DNA of 63,983 nt, filler included, from Octopus bimaculoides (GCF_001194135.2; 6 parts of 4 records of this genome joined end to end with filler, not necessarily neighbours in it), one strand, 5' to 3'; shown: positions 25,621 through 40,883, numbered from the whole stretch's first letter. Notes: generated by a model from the sequence alone, not told the origin. Program-made: numbers and translations.

Positions 25621-25660
<40 letters not shown>

Positions 25661-25771
25661 GGTAGAAGAGCGAAGAAAATGGAGGAAAATTCGTACACAT
25701 GTTACACATGCAAACACACATGTCAGGATCTTTAATGTACTTGTATTTGTATAGATGTGTGTGCGTATGTA

Positions 25772-25809
<38 letters not shown>

Positions 25810-25907
25810 CACACGCATCTTCACATCTATAGATGCATGTGTGTATGGATATGCAGATAGATAGAAAGCGTTAGAATTTACAACACGAGGAAAGGTACAA
25901 CATATAA

Positions 25908-25975
<68 letters not shown>

Positions 25976-26000
25976 TGATGATGATGATAATAATAATAAC

Positions 26001-26078
<78 letters not shown>

Positions 26079-26867
26079 CTGTAAGTGATTTTGCAAGTGA
26101 AAATCAGAGTACATAAAATATTGTGAAGCGTAAATGTATTTATTATATTTATTATAATATTGCAGATAATTATTATTACTTTAAATTTCATGCTAAATAG
26201 ATCATTCTTCAGATGGATGTGATTTGAATGAAGATTTCCTATCGAATGGAAGATTTATTTCAGTCATTTTTTTTCATCTGTTATAAAATGTTGTCAATTT
26301 ACATCTGGGTATGTGAATGGTTAAATGTGTGTTGAGGTTGCTGGCGGGGAATTTTAGGATCGTGGTCGTCAAATATGATTTAGCATATTGCGTGATGTAT
26401 TCATTTCTGCAGGATCGGAAACCTGTGATTATGATTGTATGTAATGTAAATATTTGAAAGATTAATGTTAAGTATACAGCGAGGTTATCGCCTGTATAAG
26501 AACAAACACAAACAAACAAATAACAAAAGCGAAACAAAAGGCAACAAAAGATCAAAAAAAAAAATAGAAGAAAACAGTGAATGAAGCACTTATTCGAGTT
26601 CCTTCGTTCGATTTAATTTTAGTTGCGAGGTATTTGACAAACTACCTGCATTTGGTGAAAATTTCAGACGCCCTATTTCGGATTATAAGTTTGTTTAAAA
26701 ATAAAAATGTTATTATCAGTTGCATGTATTTGGAAGCGATGTGCTCTTCACCATACAATATTTTACACTTGTGAAACTTTTAGTAATGGAAATCTAACTC
26801 TGTCTTGTAATGCGTTTTCTCTGTCTGTCTGTCTTTCTGCCTGCATGTCTGCCTGCCTGCCTGCCTG

Positions 26868-26908
<41 letters not shown>

Positions 26909-26944
26909 GTATGTCTATGTTTGTAAGTATATTCGTATGCATGC

Positions 26945-27003
<59 letters not shown>

Positions 27004-28059
27004 AATCTATCTATCTATAACCCCTTCCTGTCTGTCTCTCTGTCTCTGTCTGTCTNNNNNNNNNNNNNNNNNNNNNNNNNNNNNNNNNNNNNNNNNNNNN
27101 NNNNNNNNNNNNNNNNNNNNNNNNNNNNNNNNNNNNNNNNNNNNNNNNNNNNNNNNNNNNNNNNNNNNNNNNNNNNNNNNNNNNNNNNNNNNNNNNNNNN
27201 NNNNNNNNNNNNNNNNNNNNNNNNNNNNNNNNNNNNNNNNNNNNNNNNNNNNNNNNNNNNNNNNNNNNNNNNNNNNNNNNNNNNNNNNNNNNNNNNNNNN
27301 NNNNNNNNNNNNNNNNNNNNNNNNNNNNNNNNNNNNNNNNNNNNNNNNNNNNNNNNNNNNNNNNNNNNNNNNNNNNNNNNNNNNNNNNNNNNNNNNNNNN
27401 NNNNNNNNNNNNNNNNNNNNNNNNNNNNNNNNNNNNNNNNNNNNNNNNNNNNNNNNNNNNNNNNNNNNNNNNNNNNNNNNNNNNNNNNNNNNNNNNNNNN
27501 NNNNNNNNNNNNNNNNNNNNNNNNNNNNNNNNNNNNNNNNNNNNNNNNNNNNNNNNNNNNNNNNNNNNNNNNNNNNNNNNNNNNNNNNNNNNNNNNNNNN
27601 NNNNNNNNNNNNNNNNNNNNNNNNNNNNNNNNNNNNNNNNNNNNNNNNNNNNNNNNNNNNNNNNNNNNNNNNNNNNNNNNNNNNNNNNNNNNNNNNNNNN
27701 NNNNNNNNNNNNNNNNNNNNNNNNNNNNNNNNNNNNNNNNNNNNNNNNNNNNNNNNNNNNNNNNNNNNNNNNNNNNNNNNNNNNNNNNNNNNNNNNNNNN
27801 NNNNNNNNNNNNNNNNNNNNNNNNNNNNNNNATATATATATATATATACATGCAGATATGATATATATGTGTGCATATATGATATACATGTGCATATACT
27901 ATGCCTGTATATACATGTATATGCAAATATATAATAAATGTAGACACAAAAATATTTATATAAAGGATGCAATTTGTTAATATCCTTCTACCTACCTATT
28001 TTTGCATGTATGCATGTATGTATGCACGTATGTATATACATATGTACGTACGCATGCAG

Positions 28060-28099
<40 letters not shown>

Positions 28100-31000
28100 N
28101 NNNNNNNNNNNNNNNNNNNNNNNNNNNNNNNNNNNNNNNNNNNNNNNNNNNNNNNNNNNNNNNNNNNNNNNNNNNNNNNNNNNNNNNNNNNNNNNNNNNN
28201 NNNNNNNNNNNNNNNNNNNNNNNNNNNNNNNNNNNNNNNNNNNNNNNNNNNNNNNNNNNNNNNNNNNNNNNNNNNNNNNNNNNNNNNNNNNNNNNNNNNN
28301 NNNNNNNNNNNNNNNNNNNNNNNNNNNNNNNNNNNNNNNNNNNNNNNNNNNNNNNNNNNNNNNNNNNNNNNNNNNNNNNNNNNNNNNNNNNNNNNNNNNN
28401 NNNNNNNNNNNNNNNNNNNNNNNNNNNNNNNNNNNNNNNNNNNNNNNNNNNNNNNNNNNNNNNNNNNNNNNNNNNNNNNNNNNNNNNNNNNNNNNNNNNN
28501 NNNNNNNNNNNNNNNNNNNNNNNNNNNNNNNNNNNNNNNNNNNNNNNNNNNNNNNNNNNNNNNNNNNNNNNNNNNNNNNNNNNNNNNNNNNNNNNNNNNN
28601 NNNNNNNNNNNNNNNNNNNNNNNNNNNNNNNNNNNNNNNNNNNNNNNNNNNNNNNNNNNNNNNNNNNNNNNNNNNNNNNNNNNNNNNNNNNNNNNNNNNN
28701 NNNNNNNNNNNNNNNNNNNNNNNNNNNNNNNNNNNNNNNNNNNNNNNNNNNNNNNNNNNNNNNNNNNNNNNNNNNNNNNNNNNNNNNNNNNNNNNNNNNN
28801 NNNNNNNNNNNNNNNNNNNNNNNNNNNNNNNNNNNNNNNNNNNNNNNNNNNNNNNNNNNNNNNNNNNNNNNNNNNNNNNNNNNNNNNNNNNNNNNNNNNN
28901 NNNNNNNNNNNNNNNNNNNNNNNNNNNNNNNNNNNNNNNNNNNNNNNNNNNNNNNNNNNNNNNNNNNNNNNNNNNNNNNNNNNNNNNNNNNNNNNNNNNN
29001 NNNNNNNNNNNNNNNNNNNNNNNNNNNNNNNNNNNNNNNNNNNNNNNNNNNNNNNNNNNNNNNNNNNNNNNNNNNNNNNNNNNNNNNNNNNNNNNNTATA
29101 TATATATATATATATGTATATACGTGTGTACGTTTATATATAAATATTAATGTACGCACTCACACTCACATGCAGCATACATACATACATACATACATAC
29201 ATGCATACTTATTCTTGGTTTTGCTTCAACTCGGCGACCTGATAATTGTGAAAAAAAAACATTGATATGAATAATGATGACGATGACGACGACGATGATG
29301 ATGATGACGTTGATGATGATAACGACGATGATGATGATATTGATGATGATGACGATGATGATTATGCTGAACGTAACAACGTCAAGCAATAATAACAATA
29401 AGACCAAGCTCTTTGTTGCAACAAAACAAGCTTAGTCTTTGCTGTGTGTACACCTACTCGTTGTTATTATGTAAGAGGTAATATGTCAGCAGTTACAGAT
29501 CGTGATGCAGAAAACATACAAGGAAAATTAAAAGGAAAACTTCCCGATTCTAGTTGGAAGTTTCGTCAACTCTAAAATATATATTTTGACATTTACCTTC
29601 GTAATCGTAATTGAGTTTGTATGCAATAATTGTGATGACGCTCCCTAGACTTTTTAACACTTCACAATTACAAACACACACACACACACACTCACGCACG
29701 CGCATGCACACGTGCAGAGAAACACACAGAGAGAAACATAGACACACAGAAACACACACAGAGAAACACAGACACACAGAAACGCACACAGAGAAACACA
29801 GAGAAACAGAAACATACACAGACAAACGCAGACACAGAGAAACACACACAGAGACACACATGAGGAGAAACACAGACACACAGAAATACATACAGGGAAA
29901 CACAGAAACACAACAGACACATGCACACACACAGAGGCACACGAAGAAACACACACGCACACACACACATGTATGCATATTGTATGTATATATAATATAA
30001 GTATATATTAAGCTAAAGTTTCCTTCACGAACATAATCAGGGAATAAAGTATATGTCATTGTGTAAAATATTTAATGATATAGTTCGTTAGTGATTATAC
30101 ATCGTGATTACAATTTTTCATACTCAGAAATAGTGAGTACTGCTATAAACCAAACTTTACTGGTGAGTACAATAAGAAATGTATATTTATATATCACTGA
30201 ATTATATCGTTAACACCTGACATTTACATCATACATACATATGTATCTATACATACATACATACATACATACATACATACATACATGCATGCATACATGC
30301 ATGCATACATACATACGTACATACATACATAATACATACATATACATATACATATACATATATATATATGTACATGATGATAATAATGGTAATAATAATA
30401 AAACAATAAAAATGTGTAGTATTCACTTATTCGACTAAACTTTTGAAATATCCTCAAACTGTTTCAGAGTTTCCATCCCTACCTCCAAGAAAATATATTT
30501 ATTCAAAATATTCCAAGACATCCAGCCAGACATTGAGTTTGGTACGATTGTCTTTTGAACGTTTCTGTTATAAAAAAAACACAAAAGAAAATCACGCTGT
30601 CGTCTGATAAGAGACAGAAGATTCTCGATGTTAATTTGTTTGATTGTCGGAAAATTCCACTGTGCTGATGCCATTGCTTGTCGAACAAGTTTTGAACTGT
30701 CTTGCTTGGCCTCCGGGTTTCGATCACAATGTCGACATATGCTTTTGTTCGTATGCATCATTGAAAAAATATATGTTTTGATCAAAAATTCAGGAGAGAA
30801 AATATAAAATAACAATACAATAAGATTGNNNNNNNNNNNNNNNNNNNNNNNNNNNNNNNNNNNNNNNNNNNNNNNNNNNNNNNNNNNNNNNNNNNNNNNN
30901 NNNNNNNNNNNNNNNNNNNNNNNNNNNNNNNNNNNNNNNNNNNNNNNNNNNNNNNNNNNNNNNNNNNNNNNNNNNNNNNNNNNNNNNNNNNNNNNNNNNN

Positions 31001-32102
31001 NNNNNNNNNNNNNNNNNNNNNNNNNNNNNNNNNNNNNNNNNNNNNNNNNNNNNNNNNNNNNNNNNNNNNNNNNNNNNNNNNNNNNNNNNNNNNNNNNNNN
31101 NNNNNNNNNNNNNNNNNNNNNNNNNNNNNNNNNNNNNNNNNNNNNNNNNNNNNNNNNNNNNNNNNNNNNNNNNNNNNNNNNNNNNNNNNNNNNNNNNNNN
31201 NNNNNNNNNNNNNNNNNNNNNNNNNNNNNNNNNNNNNNNNNNNNNNNNNNNNNNNNNNNNNNNNNNNNNNNNNNNNNNNNNNNNNNNNNNNNNNNNNNNN
31301 NNNNNNNNNNNNNNNNNNNNNNNNNNNNNNNNNNNNNNNNNNNNNNNNNNNNNNNNNNNNNNNNNNNNNNNNNNNNNNNNNATATATATATATATATATA
31401 TACAACGGACTTGTACCAAATCTACTCACGAAGCCTTTTTCAGCCCGAGGCTAGCGTAGAAAACACCTGTCCAATTTGCCAGGCTGTGGGACTGAATCTG
31501 GAACCATGTGATTGGGAAGCAAGCTCCTTACTACACATTACGAGACATGCTCTTCCGATACTTTAAGCAGGCATATTTATAAAACATGTCATGTATCTAT
31601 CTGCAAGCAATCTTTAAGGCTATGTTTATGCGTTAAATATGCCTTTTAAAAAAACACATGACGCAGGACAGTGAGAAGGAAGTAAAAGGAGAGGAAAAAT
31701 ACAAAGAAGGTTGATGTAAAAAACAGAACGAGGAGAAGGAACGAGGGAAACGAAGAAAACCGAAAACTTCATCCCCACAGATTGTAGAAACCACAATCAA
31801 TGCAGCTATAGAACAATATAACAGAAAATAAAATGTTTGTATATGGTTATATAGCTGCAGATATGTGTCTGAAGTACTAAAGTCTCAGGTTAACTGTTTA
31901 ACTTTCACGTAATTTTTTTACTTCCTAAAATGTGAATATTACAATTTCGTATTTTCACATTCTCACATTTCAACTTAGTTTATAATGTTCTGCATTTATC
32001 TTTTTTTGTTAGCCACGAGTGTATATAAACATGCATAGTTCAAAAATAACATCCTTTTTCTTTTGCTTGACCTGTTGTATATATTAATATTTATGCGGTA
32101 CA

Positions 32103-32240
32103 TATATATTACTATATGTATATATTAATGTCTGTACGTATACGTATTAACACACACACACACTCACACACACACACACACATATATATATTAATACGTA
32201 TACGTACAGATATTAATATATACATATAGTAATGTATATA
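32103..32240. repeat. ~48-bp inverted repeat around a (CA)n(TA)n loop
   Basis: 32103-32150 pairs with 32191-32240 with about 2 mismatches. Confidence 0.85.
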
Positions 32241-32361
32241 AATGTAGGGTAACCGCTATTGGAATTCACATCAAACCACGTGGCAAATAAATACGACACG
32301 AAAGAATTAATATCTGCGTTCCAGATACGAGCCACATGCACTATATATCTATATGTGTGTT

Positions 32362-32406
<45 letters not shown>

Positions 32407-32910
32407 GTGTATATATATATATATATANNNNNNNNNNNNNNNNNNNNNNNNNNNNNNNNNNNNNNNNNNNNNNNNNNNNNNNNNNNNNNNNNNNNNNNNN
32501 NNNNNNNNNNNNNNNNNNNNNNNNNNNNNNNNNNNNNNNNNNNNNNNNNNNNNNNNNNNNNNNNNNNNNNNNNNNNNNNNNNNNNNNNNNNNNNNNNNNN
32601 NNNNNNNNNNNNNNNNNNNNNNNNNNNNNNNNNNNNNNNNNNNNNNNNNNNNNNNNNNNNNNNNNNNNNNNNNNNNNNNNNNNNNNNNNNNNNNNNNNNN
32701 NNNNNNNNNNNNNNNNNNNNNNNNNNNNNNNNNNNNNNNNNNNNNNNNNNNNNNNNNNNNNNNNNNNNNNNNNNNNNNNNNNNNNNNNNNNNNNNNNNNN
32801 NNNNNNNNNNNNNNNNNNNNNNNNNNNNNNNNNNNNNNNNNNNNNNNNNNNNNNNNNNNNNNNNNNNNNNNNNNNNNNNNNNNNNNNNNNNNNNNNNNNN
32901 NNNNNNNNNN

Positions 32911-32985
<75 letters not shown>

Positions 32986-33235
32986 AGCCTGCAATTACCA
33001 TCCCAAAAGCAACGCTGTAAATGTCATTGTATTGAGGTTGAAGTAAAGGGGTCGTAGTTTTGTGGCGGAAGCGTGGGCGGAGGAAGAAGAGGAGGTGGCG
33101 AGGGGAGAGGGGGACTGATATATACCATACACAGCATCAGCATCAAAAACAACTGTTCCCCTCCTTCCTTTTCTTCTCCCCATCCTTGTCATCTTTATCG
33201 TCGTCATCATCATCACAGTCATCATCATCATCATC

Positions 33236-33267
<32 letters not shown>

Positions 33268-33407
33268 CATCATCGTTGTCGTGGTCGTCGTCATCATCAT
33301 CACCACCATCGTCGTCATCATCATTATTGCTAGAACCAGCATGCACGACCCCCACCTCATGTACCTCGTTATTACTAACATCACCAACAGTAACCCGTTA
33401 TATCATT

Positions 33408-33450
<43 letters not shown>

Positions 33451-34004
33451 CCACCACCACTACCACCATCGTCATCACCATCATCATCAACAACAACAAC
33501 AACAACAACAGCAGCAGCAGCAACAACAACAATGACAAACAAAGAAAACGTTTCAGCTAAGTCTCTGACATGAGGTCGCTTTACCTGCTTGTCATAGTAA
33601 CCAAATATCCCTCCTCAAAATGTAATTTACAGCTTAGAAAACAAAGCATATTATTGCATAATGTAGTCCCAGTTAAGCCATTCTTCGGAAAAGGATGGGT
33701 TAGTCATAGATTTTGACACTTTGCCAACCCACCCAACTTTCACGTACCTCCATCTGTCATTCTTGGTCATGCGTTTGTGCGCAGCCCTGTGCAAAACGTC
33801 TTGAGAACTTTTGGGAGTCGGACACATATTAAATGTCCCATTGGACAAGTTCTTCTATTCTAGTTCCGCTGTGACAACTAAAGCCTTGTGAGTGGATCTG
33901 CTGGACGGTAAAAATGCAAGGCTGTCGGATGTGTGTGTATGGATATATATATATACACATATATATATTAATACATATATATATATTACTATATAATATA
34001 TATA

Positions 34005-34104
34005 NNNNNNNNNNNNNNNNNNNNNNNNNNNNNNNNNNNNNNNNNNNNTTAATTAATTAANNNNNNNNNNNNNNNNNNNNNNNNNNNNNNNNNNNNNNNN
34101 NNNN
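34005..34104. other. Artificial 100-bp assembly spacer
   Basis: N44-TTAATTAATTAA-N44. Confidence 0.95.
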
Positions 34105-34419
34105 TAGATGTGCGCTTGTTTTTGTGTGGGTGTCTATGTGTGAGTGTGTACTTGAGAGAGGAGGGATAGAGAGCTGGACTGAGGAAAATCATGGGTGGTC
34201 CTCTCTGTTGAGATTCATATCAATTTTGGTGGTGACGTTGGTGGTGGTACTTTGGGGGCCATTGTTATTGCTGCTGATGCTTCTGTTTCGGATATTATCC
34301 CTTTTCTTGCTGGCGGTTTTTCCGCCTCAGATGCTGCCGCCGCTGTGCCTCCGTCTTGAGATGCTGTTGCTTCTTCGTTCCTTTTTTCCTGTAGATGATG
34401 TTGTTGTTATGGCAATGGC

Positions 34420-35000
34420 TGTGACATTGGCGGTGGAGCCCTCCTCTCTTGCTTTTGTTTTGTGGACAGCACGCCCGTAAATGATCTGTCGTGCTACAGA
34501 CATGGCATCTCGGACATTTGCTCTCCACAATCACACTCAACTCAGTTCCATTCGGCAGGGAGATCAGGTCAGGTATCCACTCCAGCTCTACTGGTTTTAC
34601 ATAGAGCATCACCTCCAGTGTGATCCGTGCCCAATTCTCCCTTCTTGACCTCTTGACCTTCAGAAGAGAGTCAGTCTAATTTATTACCACACAAGCGAGT
34701 ACTTACTACAAATCTAGTTCTGGTGGCATCCCTTGTATGATAATCTTTATTGCCTTTCCCCCATATATGTAGGGAAGAGCTCGAATTCCTCACTGCAGTA
34801 TGCAGCCACCGAGTGTTGAATTGCCAGTGCCTCAGTTTTGAATAAAAGTTCCATCCCGCCGAACTGCTTTGCCCTCGATATATGACCGATGTCCTGTCAT
34901 ATATTGTGTAGAGCCCTTTCTACTTTGGCGTTCATTGCTGTTTCGTGGTGGAGACAATTCTACCCACCTTGTAACAATTTTTAAAAAATTAACTGCATTC
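34420..35000 (-). mobile_element. Decayed LINE ORF1/gag-like region with CCHC zinc knuckle
   Basis: CHVCSTTDHLRACC fits CX2CX4HX4C; preceded by WIPDLISLPNGTELSVIVESK and frameshifted FPTYMG/KIIIQGMPPELD. Confidence 0.5.
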
Positions 35001-35814
35001 GCCAATTTAGAGGCTCTGTTCCATAGGGAGAGGACAAAAAATTATTTTGAGGCGGCGGCGACTACTAAAGAAGTTTTATTATTATTGCTGTTGATGGTAG
35101 AGGTGTATCCACTTCCGCTGTTGCTACTATCACTACTACTACTGCTGCTGCCTCAAATCACTCCGCTTTGATTACTGTCGTTGCTCTTGAGTCGTTGCCA
35201 AGGCTTCCGTTACTGCTACTCCTGTCATTGTTACTCCTCCTATTCTTCTCGCCTTCACTGTTCATGCTGCTGCTACTGCCACTGCCACCACTGTTGCTGT
35301 TGCTTCCACTACTACTACTACTACCACTCCTGCTACTGCCGCTATTGTTGTCGCAATCACTCTTTCTACTGTCACACCCTACGTTCGCTTGACGGGATAC
35401 ACTTTGGTCTGTTTCCACCTCTTGTCTCCCCCCCTTTTACTACATTAGTTTTTGTAAGAGAAGGAAGTGGAGAGAAGTCTTCAGCTGTAAGAAGGCTGGG
35501 GGGGGGGGAAATTTCTTTCCTTTTAATTGTTTTAAGGTGGACACTGCCATCTTGGTGATTTTGCTGTTTTTAAATGCATCGTGAGTTATATCCTGGAGAG
35601 CCGAATATTGCCCCTTGCAGAGCCAAACAACCACAGAAAAACCAATAACAGGGTTCCTGGTGTTTGCAGTAGCAAATTGGAACGAAAATTCCACACAAAA
35701 AAAAAAAAAAACCTAGCACAAAACGGGTACAAACAATAAATGTAATGAGGACTTCGAGCATTCGAAAAAACGTCTGAGCTACTCTACGGATAATAATAAT
35801 AATAATAATAATAA

Positions 35815-35845
<31 letters not shown>

Positions 35846-37629
35846 AAGAAGAAGAAGAAGAAGAAGAGCAACAACGACAACAATAATAATGATAGCAATA
35901 ATAATGTTCATTATTTAGTTATTTATTACTTTTCAGAATTTTTTGTTGTTTTACTTTTCATCGCTTTAGACTTGACGTGTCCTCCGGGAAAGCACGAGTC
36001 GGATATTCAGGGAAAGTTCTATTGTTGTAATACTTATTTATATTGTTTGTATATGTGTTGTTTATGTAGTATAAGATATTTCAGGAAGAAAGTTTTCGTG
36101 TTATCATTTCGAGCTCAATATTCAAGAACAATTAATCGGAAACGATTTACTAGACTACACATAACAACAAAGTGACACAGCTATGTGTCCTGATCACGTT
36201 TCGAAACTTCAGCTTTTATGCAATCATATCATGTATGCATTTAACACATGCCATGTCACAGTAAAATGAAAACAAACATTATTTTCTCTTTTGAGCTTTC
36301 AATTAGAATTCACTACAAAAGCATTAATCTTCTCAAGAGTAACGACCAATGAAAATAACAGCAACTATTTTAAAGTCATTCGTTTATATCGAATCAATCT
36401 TGGCGTGGTTGCGATGTAATATTTTGATTGTTAATTTTTATAACTTTTGCTTGAGTGACGAGGAAAAGCTGCACTACAAAAATTGCCGGGTAGAAGAATG
36501 GAAAGTTATCCTTATAAGGGAAACCTGGCCCCAAATGCCTGCCTGTGATAAAGGCATCCAGGAATCAGGTCGTAATGTTTAGCAAGGAGACAGATTATGT
36601 CTATTACCAAAGAAAAGAAATAGTTTCTTCAATAGACTTCCATACAATTTCTGTTGGCCCGATTTCAGATATGGTGGACCCGAGATACTTCTAAAGGCAC
36701 TACTTAGTGGTATCGAACATGAAATCAATAATTCTTTTTTACTTGTTGGGCCTGAAGGAAGGAGTATTGCTCTGGTCTTCGCAGACTTCCCAAGACAAAT
36801 GCCATGGGCGTCATTAATGTCTCTTACGAGAAAGACTTGCTGATAGGTACTATGAGCTGGAATAGCAAAGAGATTAAGTACTAGAAACGTATTCCAAGTG
36901 TAATGTTTCAAGAAGTGTTTGCTTTCAAAACTCTCGCTATAATACATGCTATAATTATCATAGATAAGAAACGTCTGAATTAACGCCGACAGCCAACAAT
37001 TGTACTGTAAGCGAATATTTACAAGATAATATTGTCTCTTCTGGTTGACAAATAAACCCTTTGTATTCCCTTTCCACAGCTGTTAAACTGTATATTGAAT
37101 ATACTATAGCAGTTAACAAAGGCAAAATAAAAATATAAGTGCCCTCATGGATGTGGAAAAGAAAAATCGTTGATCTATAATTGAATATCAACTGTGTAGC
37201 GACACACCTCAACAACAAAAACTGAAAAAAGAAAAATAAAACAAATAAAAAGGAAAAACATATCTACTCATTCTTAATATGTTCTGGCGGATTCGAACGT
37301 GGGCTGACTATTTCTTTGATATTCAGGGAAGAAGCTACCAAAATTATATATATCCCGCGTGAAAGAGTATGCTCTTCCGGTCTCTCTGCATGCAATAATT
37401 AATAAATTAGGGACGTATCACCCCTATCAATGAAAAATACTAATGTGTGAGAGTGAGTGTGTGTATGGTGACTTCCTTAACTCTGTGTATCGGAGATCTA
37501 CCATTGAAAACACTGTCTGCAACAGAGTGTTTCGGGACAACAACTTTTTCTCAAGTCATCATCATGGAGAAGTGTTGAATTCTGCACAACAAGTTAACGA
37601 TTCTATTGTTAATATCAGATTGCATTAAG

Positions 37630-37845
37630 GTGACATGCCGGGAAAATTGCTTAGCTCGCTGGGCAAAATGCTTTGGGACATTTCGTATGCTTTTATGTTC
37701 TGAATTCCTATGAGTTCGACTTTGACTTTCATTCTTTCATCCTTTCGGGGTCGATAAAATAAGTACCAGGTGATCACTGGGACCGATGTAATCGACTTTT
37801 CTTCTCTCCCGAAATTGCTGGCTCGTGCCAAAATTTGAAACCAAT
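37630..37845 (+). mobile_element. tRNA-derived SINE with Deu/Nin-like central domain (family C)
   Basis: Contains ctttcatcctttcggggtcgataaaataagtacc, resembling the Deu/Nin core (ccttccatccttccgaggtcggtaaaatgagtacc). Confidence 0.75.
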
Positions 37846-38136
37846 ATAAGATCGCTTTTAGTGTTTAGTAATGTCAGTTATTTCCAGTCTACTGCCCTAG
37901 TTTTTAATCAATTGGATATTTCGGTTACGTATTCTAGTTACGTGGACAAGCAATACGATAAGCGACCCTAAAATCTCGGTTGAATATCTCGTCAAGCGGT
38001 TCCTGAACCTATTTTATTTCGGAAGTCGAGTTTTACGGGACCAATTCTTCTATTTTATCTCCACCTCCCTAACTGTAACAAGATATTAAATGAAACAAAA
38101 AACTGTAGTAGAGAGAGAGTTTGTGAGGAGAGGGAG

Positions 38137-38215
<79 letters not shown>

Positions 38216-40518
38216 TAGAATTTATTCATATGAAAATAAAATAAAACAATATTTGTTTTGAAAATGGTTAATAGAATTTGCTTTATATGATAATTGCTTA
38301 TTAAGTTTTATTAAAAGACACGTTATCTTGCAGAACTTGCTGCTTTTAGGGGTCCTAGGGTTTCACAAATCCAATTGAGAAACTGTGGTTTCGTATACTA
38401 TCCTATTAGCCATCAATATTCTCGTTTGGTAGAGATGCGCCACTTCAATGCTTTTATGTAACGAGTATATATTTTATAAGGGATTAAGTTGATTGGGTGT
38501 CAACCGCCATTAAATTTCTCATACTTAACAATAACTAAAGCATTCAGGCTTAATAATTACTTTCCAATCGTCAGCCAGAATATTTAATATGAAGTCCATA
38601 ATAGCTTCTTGATAAATTACGCTTATATTCCTCCATATTGCTTTCTAGTAACATTAGATCTATTGTCTATTCCAATATTGTCCTTGCTGCCGTGTTTCTC
38701 CGTACATATAACATGCTTCAGTCTGGCCGAGTGCTTCTGTGTGTTGAACGTATATCGTTCGACCGACTTTCAGTCCATGAATGTTCTTTTTTTTTTCTTT
38801 TAGGTATTTTATCTCCAAGTCTATCTTATCCTGTGTGTATATCTATTAGTATGAAGGCAGTGTAAAATTAGGAGATTTTCCTACACAATTTATACATCAC
38901 ACTAATCGTTATAATGGATTGAAATGTCGAGTGAATTAATTCAAATAAATCCTCACATGTTTTGAGTGCATTCGCTATTTACTGATGTTTTTGTGTTCAG
39001 ACATTTCTGTGTAGGTTGATACTTCAAAGAAATTACATTTAGTTTCTCGCCAAGGAAACGCAAACGTTATTCATTCTAGATATTGGATTAAACATACGTT
39101 AGATTTGATGAGCGATTCTTGCATATGTAAAGTGTTTTATGTAGGCAAGATAAACGCAAGGTTGCAGACATGTGTGTGAGCTTATGTATGTATGTATGTA
39201 TGTATGTATGTATGCGAGAGTGTGAGTGCATGAATCTAAATATAAATGTATGTATTATTACGTACGTATATGTGTGTGTGTGTGTGTGTGTAAACCAAAG
39301 AAAAGATGAAAAGGCATTTGAAGGAAACTTAATTGCAATCACTTTAATGTTTTCACACATCTCATGATTTTCAAAAATAGTAAAATATGGAGAGACCTGG
39401 TAATATATTGAATGCTAAGTTTTTAATAGATGTTTATCAGTGATTATTTATGTGACAGTTCTTCATATTTGACAGCGGTAGCTTTCAAAGTTAGCTGTCT
39501 CAGTTTATGCTTGGTTGTTTTACAAATAATGTTATGAGTTTTGCAATTAACTAATTAGTATTCAGCAATGATTGCTATTAACTAATACATACATACATAC
39601 ATACATGCATACATGTGTGTGTGTCTAAATATAAGCATACATATACACACTCACACATCTATACAGATAAACGCACAAACAAAGTAACTTAAGGCCAGTT
39701 TAAATATGTTTGAGATCTATAGGAATTTGCAAAGACATTTCACAAGGAAAAAAAAAGCTCTCTTAAGTCTAAAAGTGTTTAAAACGCCATAGGCAGCTCA
39801 GAGATGCCTTCAAAGAGAACTCCTTGGTTCTCCTTAGCATCACAGAGAGGCAACTGAAAGCTGACTATACAGCTTCGCTCTCTTTATCGTAAATCAGTAA
39901 ATATTAATCAACGATAGCACGCATTGGTCACCAGACTGGAACAAATACGCGAGAGTTGTGCAATATATATATATATATATATANNNNNNNNNNNNNNNNN
40001 NNNNNNNNNNNNNNNNNNNNNNNNNNNNNNNNNNNNNNNNNNNNNNNNNNNNNNNNNNNNNNNNNNNNNNNNNNNNNNNNNNNNNNNNNNNNNNNNNNNN
40101 NNNNNNNNNNNNNNNNNNNNNNNNNNNNNNNNNNNNNNNNNNNNNNNNNNNNNNNNNNNNNNNNNNNNNNNNNNNNNNNNNNNNNNNNNNNNNNNNNNNN
40201 NNNNNNNNNNNNNNNNNNNNNNNNNNNNNNNNNNNNNNNNNNNNNNNNNNNNNNNNNNNNNNNNNNNNNNNNNNNNNNNNNNNNNNNNNNNNNNNNNNNN
40301 NNNNNNNNNNNNNNNNNNNNNNNNNNNNNNNNNNNNNNNNNNNNNNNNNNNNNNNNNNNNNNNNNNNNNNNNNNNNNNNNNNNNNNNNNNNNNNNNNNNN
40401 NNNNNNNNNNNNNNNNNNNNNNNNNNNNNNNNNNNNNNNNNNNNNNNNNNNNNNNNNNNNNNNNNNNNNNNNNNNNNNNNNNNNNNNNNNNNNNNNNNNN
40501 NNNNNNNNNNNNNNNNNN

Positions 40519-40559
<41 letters not shown>

Positions 40560-40589
40560 ATATATATATATCTTTTATCTTTGATCTTT

Positions 40590-40834
40590 TACTTGTTTCA
40601 TTCACTCACTGAGCTGCGGCCATTCTGGGGCACCACCTTGAAGAATTTTAGTCGAACGAATCGACTCCAGTATTTGTCAGTTTTTAAGCCTGGTACTTAT
40701 TCTATTAGTCTCTTTCACCGAACCGCTAGTTTACGGGGACGTAATCACACCAACACCGGTTGTCAGGCAGTGTTAGAGGACAGACAGACAGACAGACAGA
40801 CAGACATCCACAAACACACAGACACAGACACACA

Positions 40835-40883
<49 letters not shown>

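Noticed and set aside
29690-29960. acacacagagaaac array as CRISPR-like or coding repeat
   Set aside because: Degenerate CA/GA minisatellite with no unique spacers.
22299-33057. Many 200-430 aa ORFs (e.g. 27967-29265, 26707-27861, 22299-23120)
   Set aside because: They span N gaps and (TA)n/(CA)n runs; length comes from X codons and stop-free microsatellites.
33060-33560. Poly-His/Ser/Gln ORFs
   Set aside because: (CAT)n/(CAA)n microsatellites with no splice or domain support.
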